Shown here one piece after another: positions 1 through 12,668 of a stretch of DNA of 64,000 bases. Position 1 is the first letter of the stretch, and every line of letters starts with the position of its first letter. Made by a program: the position numbers and the translations under genes. Source of the DNA: Chrysomallon squamiferum (lineage: Eukaryota; Animalia; Mollusca); contig CM022679.1 of the NCBI GenBank assembly GCA_012295275.1, positions 20,956,001 through 21,020,000 of the forward strand, given 5' to 3'. A model generated the notes under the pieces. The model had not been told where the DNA came from. It did not search any database and saw nothing but the letters and a program-made list of their open reading frames with translations.

Positions 1-752
1 CCATTAACAGATTAGAAATTAATTTCAAGTATTCTTAAATAGATATTCATGGCTATTTATTCTTAACAATAACTGAACTCATCGTTTCATTGCAATCGGT
101 GTATATCCAGATGTTTTCCTTTCTTCTTTTTTTTAATTCTTTTTTCTTTTCTTTTTCTTTCTTTTTATTCTTTTTTCTTTTCTTTTTCTTTCTTTTCTTG
201 TTTTTATTTTTTTTTAATTTTTTAATTTTGTTTTAATTTTGTTTCTGAAAATAATTACAAAACTGAGTACAATCTTATAATTATTGATATGTAATTTTAC
301 AGTTTCTATTTTTAAGAGAATATCACCATACACTTATACACCAAGAAAGTAATTCACAATACATAAAATAACATGTTAAACTGAGCGTAGACAAATAACT
401 TGTATTGTTTTTCCCCGTCTTTATAGCATAGACGGAGTCGTTATTGTTTTTGATGGTGCTAGTGTAGTAATAGTCTGCGTAGTAGTAGCGGTAGTGGGTA
501 CTAGATTTGGTGGCAGCGGTATATTTAATGGTGCTGATAGTGACTGTGATGATGGTACTAGTAATTGTAGTAATTCAATTTTAACAATTGTTCTGTTTAC
601 TGTTACTTCACTCGAGTTATTTAACTTCCAGTCTTCAATACAGAATTTATCAACTTATGATAAATCTGATGTTAATTCATTTTAGTTGTTATACTTTACT
701 CAGCGGATGTAAAATCCTATTTTAAAAAATTAATAAGCTTAAGAGCATTATA

Positions 753-1284
753 CAGTGGTGCCTTGACTTACGAGTGCCCCATTACGAGCTTTCCAAGTAA
801 TGAGCAAGCTTCAGATATGTCACCGCTAGTTGGCGCAACGAACAACACAACATCCGGCCAGCATACTGCGTCACACTCGTTTGTTTCACGTGGTTACCTC
901 GCCGCGGAAGCATCTCTGTTGAGTTGTGTTTGCGTTTAATGCAGTATTATGCAATTTTTTTTTTTTTTTTTTACCATGGATCGCAAAAAACAGTGCAAAG
1001 GCGTTAAAATAAATTGACTGAACTCCAAGATAAATACACTTTACAAAGCCAATTTATTTCTTTACATTCTCTTTTAATTTGTTTTTATACAATATTTTCC
1101 ATTTCTAAATACATTTTTCTTATTTAAAAATACGCTACAAAAAAATGGGGTGGTTATGGAGGGCTGGAACTGATTAATGGTATTTCAATTAATTCCAGTT
1201 TTGAAAATTGATTTGATACATGAGCAAATTGAGTTACGAACTCGGCCACGGAAGGAATTAAACTCGTAAGTCAAAGTATCACTG
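753..1284 (+). mobile_element. Tigger/pogo-type non-autonomous DNA transposon (MITE, internally deleted)
   Basis: Left TIR CAGTGGTGCCTTGACTTACGAGT (753-775) matches the reverse complement of 1262-1284 (CAGTGATACTTTGACTTACGAGT) at 20/23. TA on both flanks (751-752, 1285-1286). Internal ~800-960 is homologous to the inverted copy at ~27750-27979, which carries a Tigger transposase fragment. Confidence 0.85.
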
Positions 1285-1419
1285 TATTTCATAACACTTT
1301 AATGTTTTACAAAATAACTATTTAGAAGGTAGATGCCATGTCAAAAAGGCAAATGGTTTTAATACCAGTGAATATATCAGTTAATTTTTGTTTCTTTGGA
1401 CATCTGAGTCTTACGAATT

Positions 1420-1560
1420 CAGTATTAATTATTTAACGGACCTCGATTCCACGGACCTCGGATTCAGCGGACAAAAAATTGGCGGACTTTAAGTCGGAAG
1501 CAAACCCTTGTATTTCCCGGATATAACTGATGTCATGCGTACGTAATTCATTCAGTTCTC
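1420..1560 (+). mobile_element. Possible degraded left end of a pogo/Tigger-like element
   Basis: Reiterated subterminal motif TTTAACGGACCTCGATTCCACGGACCTCGGATTCAGCGGAC resembles ends of such elements. No matching right TIR found. Confidence 0.3.
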
Positions 1561-2891
1561 AGTATGATATCGCTCTTCCTCTGATGTGAATGTTGCGTCT
1601 TTCTGATATTTTAGCTTTTATTATTGTCATTGTTAACTTTTTAAATGGTCGTTTCGTATTATTTTATATAAAACTACTATAATTACAGTATTGTAATATC
1701 TTTTAAAAATATTTTTGATTTAAGTACATTTTGGCATTACCGTTTCTGCTGTTGGTCCCTTAAACCAATGGTCTTCTGTGTGTTGTATTAATCCATTACA
1801 TCATTATCTGTATTGTTGTTATTATCATCTGTATTATCATTGCAATACAGATTCAGAAATCATGTTGGCTTTCAATGTTTTTTATAACTCAAATAAAGAA
1901 AAGCGCCTACGCACTGTATAATATTAAGTATACAACACATACCTGAAACAAGGGCGTGACTTTGACACAAAAAGAGGGGTGATTCCCGAAACGCCCTGTT
2001 TGACTCAAAAGTAATTATTTAGTGAAAATTATTACACGAGAATTCACGCATTAAATCATAGAACCAAATCGGAAGTTTTTGTTTATATTTTTGATAGGTG
2101 TTTCATGGTTCGTATCGAGGTATTGTGAGTTGAGCGTGTGTTTATTAAACTCTATTTATTTTCAACTGTAACCACCCTCCGTGACCACATACTCAACAGG
2201 AGCGGTAGAATAAAGTAACTGGAGTGGAACAGAAACTGAAATGAGTAACGATGACACATCCAGCGTTAACAGTATTTCGAAATAATCTCAACTCAAAAAC
2301 AGCCACATTAAGTACCATCACTCCAAAAGAAGGAGATGAGATTTAATATATGGACTCCGTGATGTTAAGTGAATGGAGACGGCTTGGCTAAGTAATGACG
2401 TAGGATATAGCTCCATGATTTTAACCGTGCCGTGATGACCTGCGCAGTTACACGATGGTCCAGTCTTTTTGGATTTTTGCCCTTACAGCTTAAGACCTTC
2501 AATCACTTTATCAAAATCTGTATGTGCACGAACGAGTATATTCATGTACAAATTCTTGCTTCTCTTCGATAAAAGAACAGTAAGAAAAGGTGGCAAATAC
2601 ATTCCCATGTTGTTTCATCTTTATAACATACATAATTTTTGTTTTACACCTAAACCAACATGAAATATATTTTCTGTTTGAAACTTTTTTGTTAACAGCT
2701 ACAATAAAAACAAGATTTGAGGCGTTAGCACATACTTTCATATCTCCATACAGGAACAATAAAAAATCTCATTTAGTTTTGGTCAAGAAGCAAACAAATG
2801 AATAAGCTTCAAAAATAATAATTATTAAACCACAGAGGGCCTACACCACAGAGTTTATTTGCTGTTTTTTTTGAAGCCTTTTATGATCTTC

Positions 2892-3005
2892 ATCAGGAGC
2901 GATTCTGCTATAAAACTAATGAAACTTAAAATTTAGAGCCTCCGATATAGGAGAGGCCCCAAGAAGCGACTTTTGTCAACATTAAATTTTCATTTTAATC
3001 CGTAA
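2892..3005 (+). mobile_element. Partial copy of the hAT-type MITE family seen at 11547-11776
   Basis: Diverged similarity to 11547-11645 (aaactaatgaaactta / aaactcacggagttta; gcgacttttgtcaacatt / acgactttagtccacatt; attttaatc). Confidence 0.4.
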
Positions 3006-3117
3006 CAGTCTGTCTGTATGTATGTAACTATCTATTTTCTATTTATCGAACTATTTATCTTCTATTTATCTTAATATCCATCTATCTATCTACCTATCCA
3101 CATACATTATTTTTGTT

Positions 3118-3156
<39 letters not shown>

Positions 3157-3249
3157 CTGTAATATATTGTAATGTCATTATTAATCAATAATACATTTTT
3201 AAAATAATTTTATTTATATAAAAAGAAAGAAAAAAGGTATGATACTCAC

Positions 3250-3354
3250 GTATTCTTGCCATGTATTCATCGGTAGGGTTATTTATAGTCTCCGGTACGT
3301 CGAAGTTAGTGTTGTAACAATAGCGATCCACCACTTTTGGATCATTATCCAAAA
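3250..3354 (-). CDS. PMP22/claudin-superfamily tetraspan protein, coding exon 2 (gene continues toward or beyond the window start)
   Basis: Minus-strand acceptor ttttcag| at 3355 and donor |GTGAGT at 3249. 105 bp, phase 1 in and out. Joins exon 1 in frame: ...GNDTK-F-LDNDPKVVDRYCYNTNFDVPETINNPTDEYMARI, supplying the second ECL1 cysteine. Confidence 0.8.
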
Positions 3355-3525
3355 CTGAAAAATAAAATTCACAAATGACTGAAACATTAATAATAATTAG
3401 AAAATGAGCCACAACTTTAATTTTGTTATTATTTATTTATTATCTTTTTATTTATTTATTTATTTTTAATTTAATTTATTTTTTTAATTGTTATTATTAT
3501 TTATTTATTTTACTTTATTTATTTT

Positions 3526-3591
<66 letters not shown>

Positions 3592-5024
3592 GCAAGTAAT
3601 TGTAGTGTACTTCAGTGGAATTTGTCAGTTTAAATAATAATTCGTTCATGACTTAGAGACATAATTATGCAAAATAAAGCAATAAACTAGTTCTGAACAA
3701 ATATTACTGGATGAAACTAGATTTTTATCGATAATAGGAGTACCACACTTTATTATTATAAATATTAATTTTGCTTATTTTATTTTATTTTATTTTATTT
3801 TGTTATCTTGCATCATATAACAGGAACTCAGTGATTACTTGTAAAATGTCGCACAACTACTACGATTACTCAACATCCCAGACACATATACGTCAGTAAT
3901 AATCGTTATTAATAATTTAAGTAAATGTCAAGGTCAAGCTGCTGACGTCTGATTAACGATTACGAGTAAATAAAACGACAGTGGAAAATTCTCGTGTGCG
4001 ACTCGGCTCACTAAATAATTATTACTTGTCAAACCAGTAATTCAGGAACCGTAACTCTAAAACAGGTAACATTCGGGATTACCGTCAGAAAAGCAAACAC
4101 TTGTTTCTTAATTTAGTTAATGATTTCCTTCTGCGTTTTCATTTTATTATTATTATTATTTTTTTTTTATTATTATTATTAAATATGATTTGGCTGTGCT
4201 TGTTTGTTTTTTTTGTGTTTTTTTTTTTCGCAATTTTTTTTTGCTTTATTGATTTGTTTGTTTGTTTAAAGACTTGCATTATAATGGGAACTTGTATCCA
4301 AGCGTGGGGTAAATTTTATTTATAATGTTTTTTTAAATCGGATAATCAAACTTTTCAACACTTAAAATATTTATTTATTTATTTATTTATGTATTTTCAT
4401 TTCGTTGTTTTGTTTAACATTTTTAAATATTTAATTACAGCTGCAGAATTTGCAAACCCCAAATGAAACAGAAATAAGATTAACATTTTATGATTATTCT
4501 TTTCTAAATCGGTTGAAAATAAAATAATTAACGTTTGAAATGGCTATCGTCCAAATTCATTACATTCTTTTATAATAAATACTCTTTATATCTGGAGACG
4601 TAAATTTCACAAAATGCAAATATAATTAAAATGGGAGAAATTATTTATTTTAAATTTTCTTTTAAAAAAAATGCAAATATTTGTATAGTTACTCCTAACT
4701 TAGTTAGTATTTTAACAAATATTAATAAATAATGTTTATAACTGCACATGCAAAGTTCACAAACCCCAAACGATACCGAAATATAATTAACTTTAAAGTT
4801 TCTTTTAAAATTTACCTAGTTTTTCATTGAATTTTTACACATGTAATAATAAATATTAGTTTATATTGCAAAATTTACAAAAACCAAACGAAATAAAAAA
4901 AAAAAACAAAAATCTTTTTGAAATAAAATAATTAAAGTTTACTTGATTCTTTTTAAGTGCTTTGAATATTTGCATTTGTGATAATAAATTTGGGTTATTC
5001 ATGAATGAAAAAAAAATATGATTA

Positions 5025-5029
<5 letters not shown>

Positions 5030-5102
<73 letters not shown>
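5030..5102. repeat. (CT)n microsatellite
   Basis: Perfect dinucleotide run. Similar runs at 7818-7903, 25752-25830, 28906-29004, 30736-30789 and 45032-45141. Confidence 0.95.
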
Positions 5103-5105
<3 letters not shown>

Positions 5106-5428
5106 CAGTTTGACTAACTGCGTTACAGTAGTCTGCTGCTATTGTTTTGGTGTCATTGAATTCAGATAAAGAAGCTATTGTGCTGGTGCAACAATAAAAT
5201 ATCGGGATTTTTTAACTCTGTGATTTTGTTAATGGAATCTAAAAAAGAAAGAGAAATATAGATTTCTGTATGCGATTTATTCAGAAGTGAAGTGGTTATC
5301 AATAAAGACTTAAAATATTCACTAACAGAGGAATCACCTAGATATATAGGTGTGTATAAGTGTGCGAGAAAGAATGTATGAGAGTTTTATTTATTCTCTT
5401 GTTACGACGTCTATATATACTAAACTAA

Positions 5429-5463
<35 letters not shown>

Positions 5464-6449
5464 ACAGTAATAATGAAAAAAAAAAAAAAAAAAAAAAAAA
5501 TCCAATTTCACCAAAACTTCAATTCATAAATATACTTAAAAAACATACTAATAGCACGTGAACATACGCTTATAAACTCATATAAGCACGTGCGCGAGCA
5601 CACATATACGCACACACAGAGACACAAAGAGACGCACACACACACTCATAAATGCAGACAAAAATATATACATAAACGCCACGTTTATACAGACGTTCAT
5701 AAATATGTACAAATACTAAACTTTCGGAAGCCACCACACAGCTTTTCATTTAGAATTAACCACATACTAGCAACTGTCCCAGTATTTTATATATCTCATT
5801 TCCAAGACTCGAAATGGTTTCAGCTTACTGTAATACCTTTCCCACGAGCACGCCTTTCCCGTCATAAAGGGTACAATGGCGAGGTCACTTAACAGTACTA
5901 AGCCATGTAAATCAAACTGATATATATTTGTATTGAAAAGCCATCATCGCACTGTAATTGCCTTGTGAAGTTTGGTGACTCTGTGCCAGCTGAACAAGTC
6001 ATCCGATAAAAAACCAATCATACAATACACTATTTCTATAAAAAAAAAAAAAAAATCATATAAATTGTTTATTTATAACCTTTATAGGTTATATCCTTCG
6101 TACGTATATATGAGACCCTTATTTTTATATATATATTTTTTTTTCCTTTCGTTTTGAGGCCTCTCTGGCAATATGCTCAAAACAAAACGTGAGTGAATAG
6201 TTTTATGATGGAAGCACATAACATGTCACTAATTTTTTTTTCTTTAGTTTACTTTTATACAGAAAGCTTATTTTCACTTCTGAGTTCGTCTTTCAAATAA
6301 AAAGTATTAAGTTTCTTCTTCGTCTGTTCAAGCGCAGGTGGTAACTAAGGAGACACAAGCTAAGGTAACTTAAAGCGCTGACAAAGAAAAGATCTGAGGG
6401 AATACGTATCTGAGAAAATAAACAGCTGAAATAGGCTAGACATGGAGGA

Positions 6450-6750
6450 AACAGAGCTGGTTGTTTATAGAGCCGATGGAACATACAGAGCTGAGGCAAC
6501 ATAGAGCAAACGCAATTTACTGCTGAGAAAATGTTGCTGAGGGAATACAGAGCTGATGGAACATAAAGGTGAGGTAACAAGAATTGAGGGAATACAGCTG
6601 AGGAAATACAGAGTTGAGAAAATAGAACCGAGGGAATACAGAGCTGAGGAAACATAAAGCTGTCACAAAAAGAACTAAGGGAATACAGATGAGGAAATAT
6701 AGAGTTGAGAAAATAGAGAAGAGAATTAAAGGAACATACAGCTAAGAAGT
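6450..6750. repeat. Degenerate ~20-bp minisatellite (GAGGAAATACAGAGCT-like)
   Basis: Recurrent gaggaaatacagag / gagggaatacagagctga / gagaaaatagag motifs in intron 1 of the claudin-like gene. Confidence 0.6.
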
Positions 6751-7814
6751 GACCCGGATATTCAGTTTATAGCTAACCGTAACTACATAACTAGCAGGTT
6801 CAGATAATACATATCTATCTAGTTGTAATAATTGTTAAAGCTTTTCCAGTGAACAAGACGTAATGATGACTAGTGCGCGATGTCCACACCCATGACTCTC
6901 CCATCTCTAAATAATCCTTGCAGATGAAATACGAGTCGACAGGGAGCTTCGGTAGGATATTTAAAATAGTTCACACCCATTCGTTTCAGGTTCATTGGTC
7001 ACAGACCCAACGACCAAGGCTCCGGGGTATCGAATATCATCAACTTTATTTGACTCGAACAGATTATATATTTTCTTTACCATAGCAACGAGCACTGAAC
7101 ACGGAGCTGTAAAAATATTCATTCGAAACACACAGAGAAAGCGACAGCAGACTGTGGAACCCCGTTGTCTGTGTTACTTTTAAATATATTTAAACTTCTG
7201 TCGTTTGAAGTGGAAGGCATAACATTTTTAAGGTTGTAAGAATTGTACGTCTGTCCCTTTACCTAACTGCTGTCTGTCTACCTGTATATGTATGTTCGTG
7301 GGTGAATGTAGGTATAATGTACGTATGTATATTCTTAGTGAATATAAGCTTATATATATGTTTAATACATTTTTGGGTGTGTCCTTTAAACCCACCCTTT
7401 GACGTCACCTACTGTGTATAAAATTCAAGTCCCATTCATTAGATGCAATACATTTTCACAATTGTTAATGTCATGTTCTCCAATTGAGGTCGGTGGCTTA
7501 ATCGTGTAACTTATGTAAAATTTAACGACAACAGTGATACATTATTATAATAAAATCAGTGAAACGAATCCACAAATGAATGAATGAATGAATAAATAAG
7601 TAAATCCACAAATTTCAATATACGGGTAGAATAATATAACACACACAAACACACACACAGTATTCCAAAGAAAATAAGCTACATACATTATATTTACAGG
7701 AAACAAGGCGTATTTATAATAACATACTGTCTGGAGTTAATGTTAATTTCTTCTATCTCTGTTTCGTTCATCTTTTTATCTTTTTCTCCCCTTCATTTTT
7801 CGTTCTCTGTCAGA

Positions 7815-7904
<90 letters not shown>

Positions 7905-8620
7905 AATAATAATGTGTACGTATTTATGAAATAAAACATTATTCTTTTTATTACTTGATTAATGTCACATGTCAGGGAAGTGACTGAGATAAATAGCTAC
8001 AATCTCTGAGTTTGAGTCCATAAAACCTATTTGAAAAGTAAAAATAGCAACATCAACAACAAAATATCAGATTAAATATTAAAGTGTTAACAATTGTCAT
8101 AGTCATTACTACTTCTATAAAAACAAACGCACCCTGAAAACAAAATCATTATAATCCCAACAACAACAACATCTAAAACTACTACTACTACTACTACTAC
8201 AAACTTCAATAAAATAAATTACAATAAAATAAGTGAAATGTCGGTTGTTATTGTTTTTGTTGTTACTATTATTGTTGTTGTTTTAGTAGTTATTATTATT
8301 GTTGTTGTTGTTGTTATTGTTGTTGTTGTTGTTTTTGTAATTATTGTTGTTGATGCTGTTTTTATTATTTTATCCTACAAAGGTTTCACATATGATATGA
8401 TTCTGAATCATCCACTTTGCATCAACTGACTTTAAACTCTTTACACAGTGTGGTCACTCAAATGTGTATCGAGAACATACATTTCAGATTAGCAGTAAAT
8501 AATCAATAAGGAATCCAATACTCGAAGACTACAATCCAATATGGCGAAACTATCAAATTACCTGAACATTCTAGTTTTGGGTGTGGCCATGAACTTTAAG
8601 AAAGTCGTCTACATACTTAC

Positions 8621-8834
8621 ATTTAGTGTCGTTTCCAGGAAAACAGGTTCTGAAGATTCCTTGATTTCGAGAGTGGTAAATTTTCTCAGGTTTGGCATTT
8701 TTGCCAACGATCTTCGTTCTATCAACTGTATATTCTAGCCAGTTATCTGTTCCGAACGAAACAGCAATAAATATCAATGAAATGGGTCCCAAGATGGTGG
8801 CAATCACGATCAAAGCTGTTGCACATGCCCCCAT
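8621..8834 (-). CDS. PMP22/claudin-superfamily (Claudin_2-type) tetraspan protein, coding exon 1
   Basis: ATG at 8834-8832; MGACATALIVIATILGPISLIFIAVSFGTDNWLEYTVDR...NQGIFRTCFPGNDTK. N-terminal TM1 followed by TDxW and G-I/L-F/W-x-x-C claudin signature. Perfect donor GTAAGT at 8620; 214 bp, phase 1. Confidence 0.85.
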
Positions 8835-9122
8835 GATTTGCTGACGAACGTGTAACAACAACCCTTCTTTTCTTTTTTTTTCTGTTTTCTTTTTATAAAA
8901 GTAAAATTTAAATCCCTTAGTTAAAACTCGACGAGAAAATCTAGCGGCGGTGGCTTGTTCAGAAGTTGAGCGAAACAGACCGACAACCACTGCGAAATGA
9001 TAACGCTACCTGACTGACTAGCAACACTACCAGCCCTACCTGAGGTATGCAAAAACCTGTTTCATGCATAACTGAACACCTATTGTCAAGGCGGTCGTAT
9101 TAAAATATGAAAAGACTGGGAG

Positions 9123-9190
9123 TATTTATAGACCGGCCTGTCTCGCTGCTGACAACCATCCTGTTTGCTCTCAAGAAACGTGACGTGTTG
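9123..9190 (-). promoter_or_regulatory. Candidate core promoter of the claudin-like gene
   Basis: TATAAATA on the minus strand (9123-9130) ~290 bp upstream of the ATG, plus a CRE-like TGACGT (9181-9186) in a locally CpG-richer stretch. Confidence 0.35.
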
Positions 9191-11546
9191 CCTGGCCGAG
9201 AAAGAAGGGACACGAAAACCAAACGTTTACAGTGACATATGGAATCTTCATCAACCGTTTGCACCTGATTTATCGATCTGAGATAGATTTCGTTTCAACA
9301 GATTTAATCGTTAATATCGAAGTCAGCAAAATGTTCGAAATATATATGACCTACCATAACAATAAGCAAAGGTATTTTCATATATATATATGTGTGTGTG
9401 TGTGTGAAAATATGTGTACGTATGTAGGTATTTACTTACGTATATATGTATGTGTACATAAGTAAATAGGTAGGATAGGTAGGTACGTTTGTTTGCAGAT
9501 GGATAGGCAGTCACAAATTTAATTTTAATTTTTAATTTCTAAATAATAAACGAAAGTTTAAGAACAAGGATATAACAAATATTTACAATTTAAAAATAAA
9601 GGAGACAAAAGCAGTTAACTAGAGACAAAAAAAAATTAAATATATATATATATATATAGAAAGAAAAAAACAAAATAAAACAAATAAAAATGTCGTTGTA
9701 AAATTAGTACTCTATAATACTGACGTTTTTACATACGTATAACAAAACATCATGTTGTCCTTATTTCAAGTTACAACACTTTAATTTTTCTTAATGGTAA
9801 TGCTAGTACGAATGAATGTTTGCTAAACCGTTACGAGAAACGTGAAAGATGATTTTATGAAGATTTTTTAAATATAATATAAAATATAATTTTTGTCAGC
9901 TCTTTGCCTGCATTTTCTCATAACACTTTGATTCATGAATAGTGGTTCTTTAGCTGTAAGGAGAATTTCGCGTATATTTCTGTTTGAAACGAGATAGACT
10001 CGAACAGAGCTAAACCTGTTTACCGCTCGTCTAAATATCAGGCAACTGCGCCAGGGGCTTTGGCTTGTTAGAAAATATGACGAAAGTGACAAACCAGCTA
10101 AAAATATTTCTAATTACGGTGTGGTAATCTCCGTGGTTATATTTATATCACCTTTTAGTGTTTACACTTTCTGACAAAGAAGCTGACGTTTCATTCCGTC
10201 ATTAATCTGTCTACCAGTCTAGTTGAGTAAACAGTTTTACTGACATTGATTGCCGTCCGAATGCGCTCTTTATACGCCTCTTAAAATTAATAAACGTACA
10301 TTAGCAGAGTGATATTTATTATTTGCTTTTCTGACGAAAAATTAATCATTTCATATCGCGCTCACTACTAACCCAGACGATGAGAAAGCTCACGCTTGTA
10401 ATATGGCCGTCTGCTTATTAACGTAGTTTGATTTTTTAATATTTTCAAGGATTTCTATAATAACGTGTTATGATCAGAAGCATTTTACATTCTTTATGTC
10501 AAGAGACTAGATCGCAGACGTGAATAACAAATTTTCCTTTTTCAAAATAGCAGAAATGTCGATAGATACTGAAATCTTGATGTACAGACACACATACACA
10601 CAGACAGCACTGACTCTCTCTCTCTCTCTTTGTATGTATGTATGTATAGATACACAAACACACATATTATTTTTAAATATTCTTCCTCATTTTGTAACAG
10701 TTGAATGATTAAATATCACAGCAAACTGTTTTCTGTAGCAGAAGTCACGAGTATGAGGAAGTAGAATTATTCAAATGCTCACTTGTGTGAAATGTATGAC
10801 GTGTACTGGGGCGAAACCAGCTTTTCTGATGAGGGGGGATCCATGACTAGAAGGGTACCGTAACATTATTCACTACTGACAAATTACACACTGTTCAGAT
10901 GGACCCATATATAATAGTGCTACAACAGGGACGCTGGCAGAAATATTTTACAGTTTTCTATACATTGACAGAAATTTAAAAATAACCTAAATAAATTTGT
11001 AAACAAATTAAAAATCCTAAATAAAAGGTGCACCTCTCAAATTTGACGGGAGTCCGGTCTCTCAGGTATGCTTATAAAATTCATTATTTTCATATTATAT
11101 ATATACACCTCTTTACTTTACCACACACTGATTTTATTTTATTATTCTTTACTTTGAATTATTTCGACTCATAGGTTTCAACATAATATTACAGAATGCA
11201 CTATGCAAACAATGCCTCCACACTTAAACCGTCGACTTTTCGGGTCAAAACGTGCGTGCGAGTGTTTTTGCCAATCGTTAACGTTCATCGTTTTGGGCAG
11301 TGATCACAGTGATCCTGACCAGTGACATAAACTTGTATATAATTTTTCCCCAAGATACAATTCTTCTTCTCAGGTTACTTCTTGTATATCGCCAGCTTGC
11401 ACCGGGAACATAAAGAATATCTGATAATGCAGAAGTTCCCGGACCATAAAAAAATATCTTACGATCAAAAAAAAAAAAAATATGATCACTAATCATTCTG
11501 CCCAGAGCTTATATTTCAGTTCTGATATTTCGAGGTTAAATCCTTG

Positions 11547-11776
11547 CGGGGGCGGGTCTATTATTAAACTCACGGAGTTTAAGGTTCCCAGAGGAGCCCC
11601 CCAAAACGACTTTAGTCCACATTTCTTCACAATTTTAATCAATATCTGATGTCTTTAAATGTTTTAAAAACTGTCATGGAAGAAGATAAGAGCAGTTACC
11701 AGGATCTTGTTGGTGACTGCTAACGGCCCCCACATCTGTTCAAGCTTTAGGACCCCAGAAGTTAGGTCCGCCACTG
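11547..11776. mobile_element. hAT-superfamily MITE with 8-bp target-site duplication
   Basis: Perfect 8-bp direct repeat AATCCTTG on both flanks (11539-11546, 11777-11784). Imperfect TIRs CGGGGGCGGGTCT / AGGTCCGCCACTG. An 8-bp TSD is characteristic of hAT elements. Confidence 0.8.
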
Positions 11777-12233
11777 AATCCTTGGAAACAAACTGTGAAC
11801 CCATCAAGTCTTGCTTTCTCTTAACTGCCGCACAATACTCTGCATTCTCCCCCGAGCAACTGCTCGTTTTAATCAATAATAAAAACATTTATCAAAACTA
11901 AATCTATATATCGTTTCACCTTTTAACAGAGGCCAATTTTTAATTTTTTTTAACTATCATTTATCTAGCAGGTTTAAAAACCAAAATGGCGCTCCAGATA
12001 AGGTATTAATATATTATTAGTGTGTTTTACTTGACCCCGGACCGTGGTCACGGTGGCTGACTTGAGACAGGATGTTAAGCTGAAATGTTATATCACCTGG
12101 TCCACACAACACGATCTGACACAGCTACACATTCATGTCGCGATACACGAGTGTGGTAAGGTATATCTTACGTTTCACTCCAGCGATCCGGAAGACTTCT
12201 GTTTGTAAAGTTGTGTGTGTTGTTAAGTATCAT

Positions 12234-12668
12234 GTGTTAGATAATCTCTATTTTCTCACTGTCGTAAACACAGAAACTGGATAATACAGAGAGGTTTTGG
12301 ATTTTTTTTCCTTCTTTGTACAGTTACGTTGATGAGTGAGGTTTCTGTTACATCTTTTGTTAAATGTAAGATTGTCAGACGAATATCATGTTTTCATTAG
12401 TCTTATTACAAGATTACTGAAGACAAATACGAGTCTTAATTAAGTGTTAGATAATCTATATTTTCTTACAGTCTAAAACACAGAAATGGGATCTTTAGGA
12501 TAATACAGAGAGGTTTTGGATTTTTTCCTTCTTTGTCAAATTTCCTTCATGAGTAAGGTTTCTCTTTCAAGTTTAGTTAAATGTAAGGTTGTCAGGCGAA
12601 TATCATGTTTTTTTAGTCTTATTACAGGATTACTGAAAGTAAAGATGAGCCTTAATTAAGTGTTAGAA
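12234..12668. repeat. Diverged tandem duplication of ~210 bp
   Basis: gtgttagataatct...ggataatacagagaggttttggattttt...gttaaatgtaag.ttgtcag.cgaatatcatgtttt...tagtcttattaca.gattactgaa...ttaattaagtgttaga occurs twice (12234-12443, 12444-12668). Confidence 0.85.

Noticed and set aside
1-3249. Remaining exons (TM2-TM4) of the minus-strand claudin-like gene
   Set aside because: No hydrophobic in-frame segment with proper splice sites was found, so they are presumed to lie beyond the window start.
8835-8990. N-terminal extension of ORF 8571..8990, and likewise 32413..32574
   Set aside because: Both use non-ATG starts from the ORF caller. Claudin-family topology puts the start at the ATG just before TM1, and the 32413 extension crosses a splice acceptor.
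11980-12165. YY1-like AAAATGGCG plus a donor-like GTAAGG as another first exon
   Set aside because: Motifs are too short to support alone, and no linked downstream exon can be shown from sequence.
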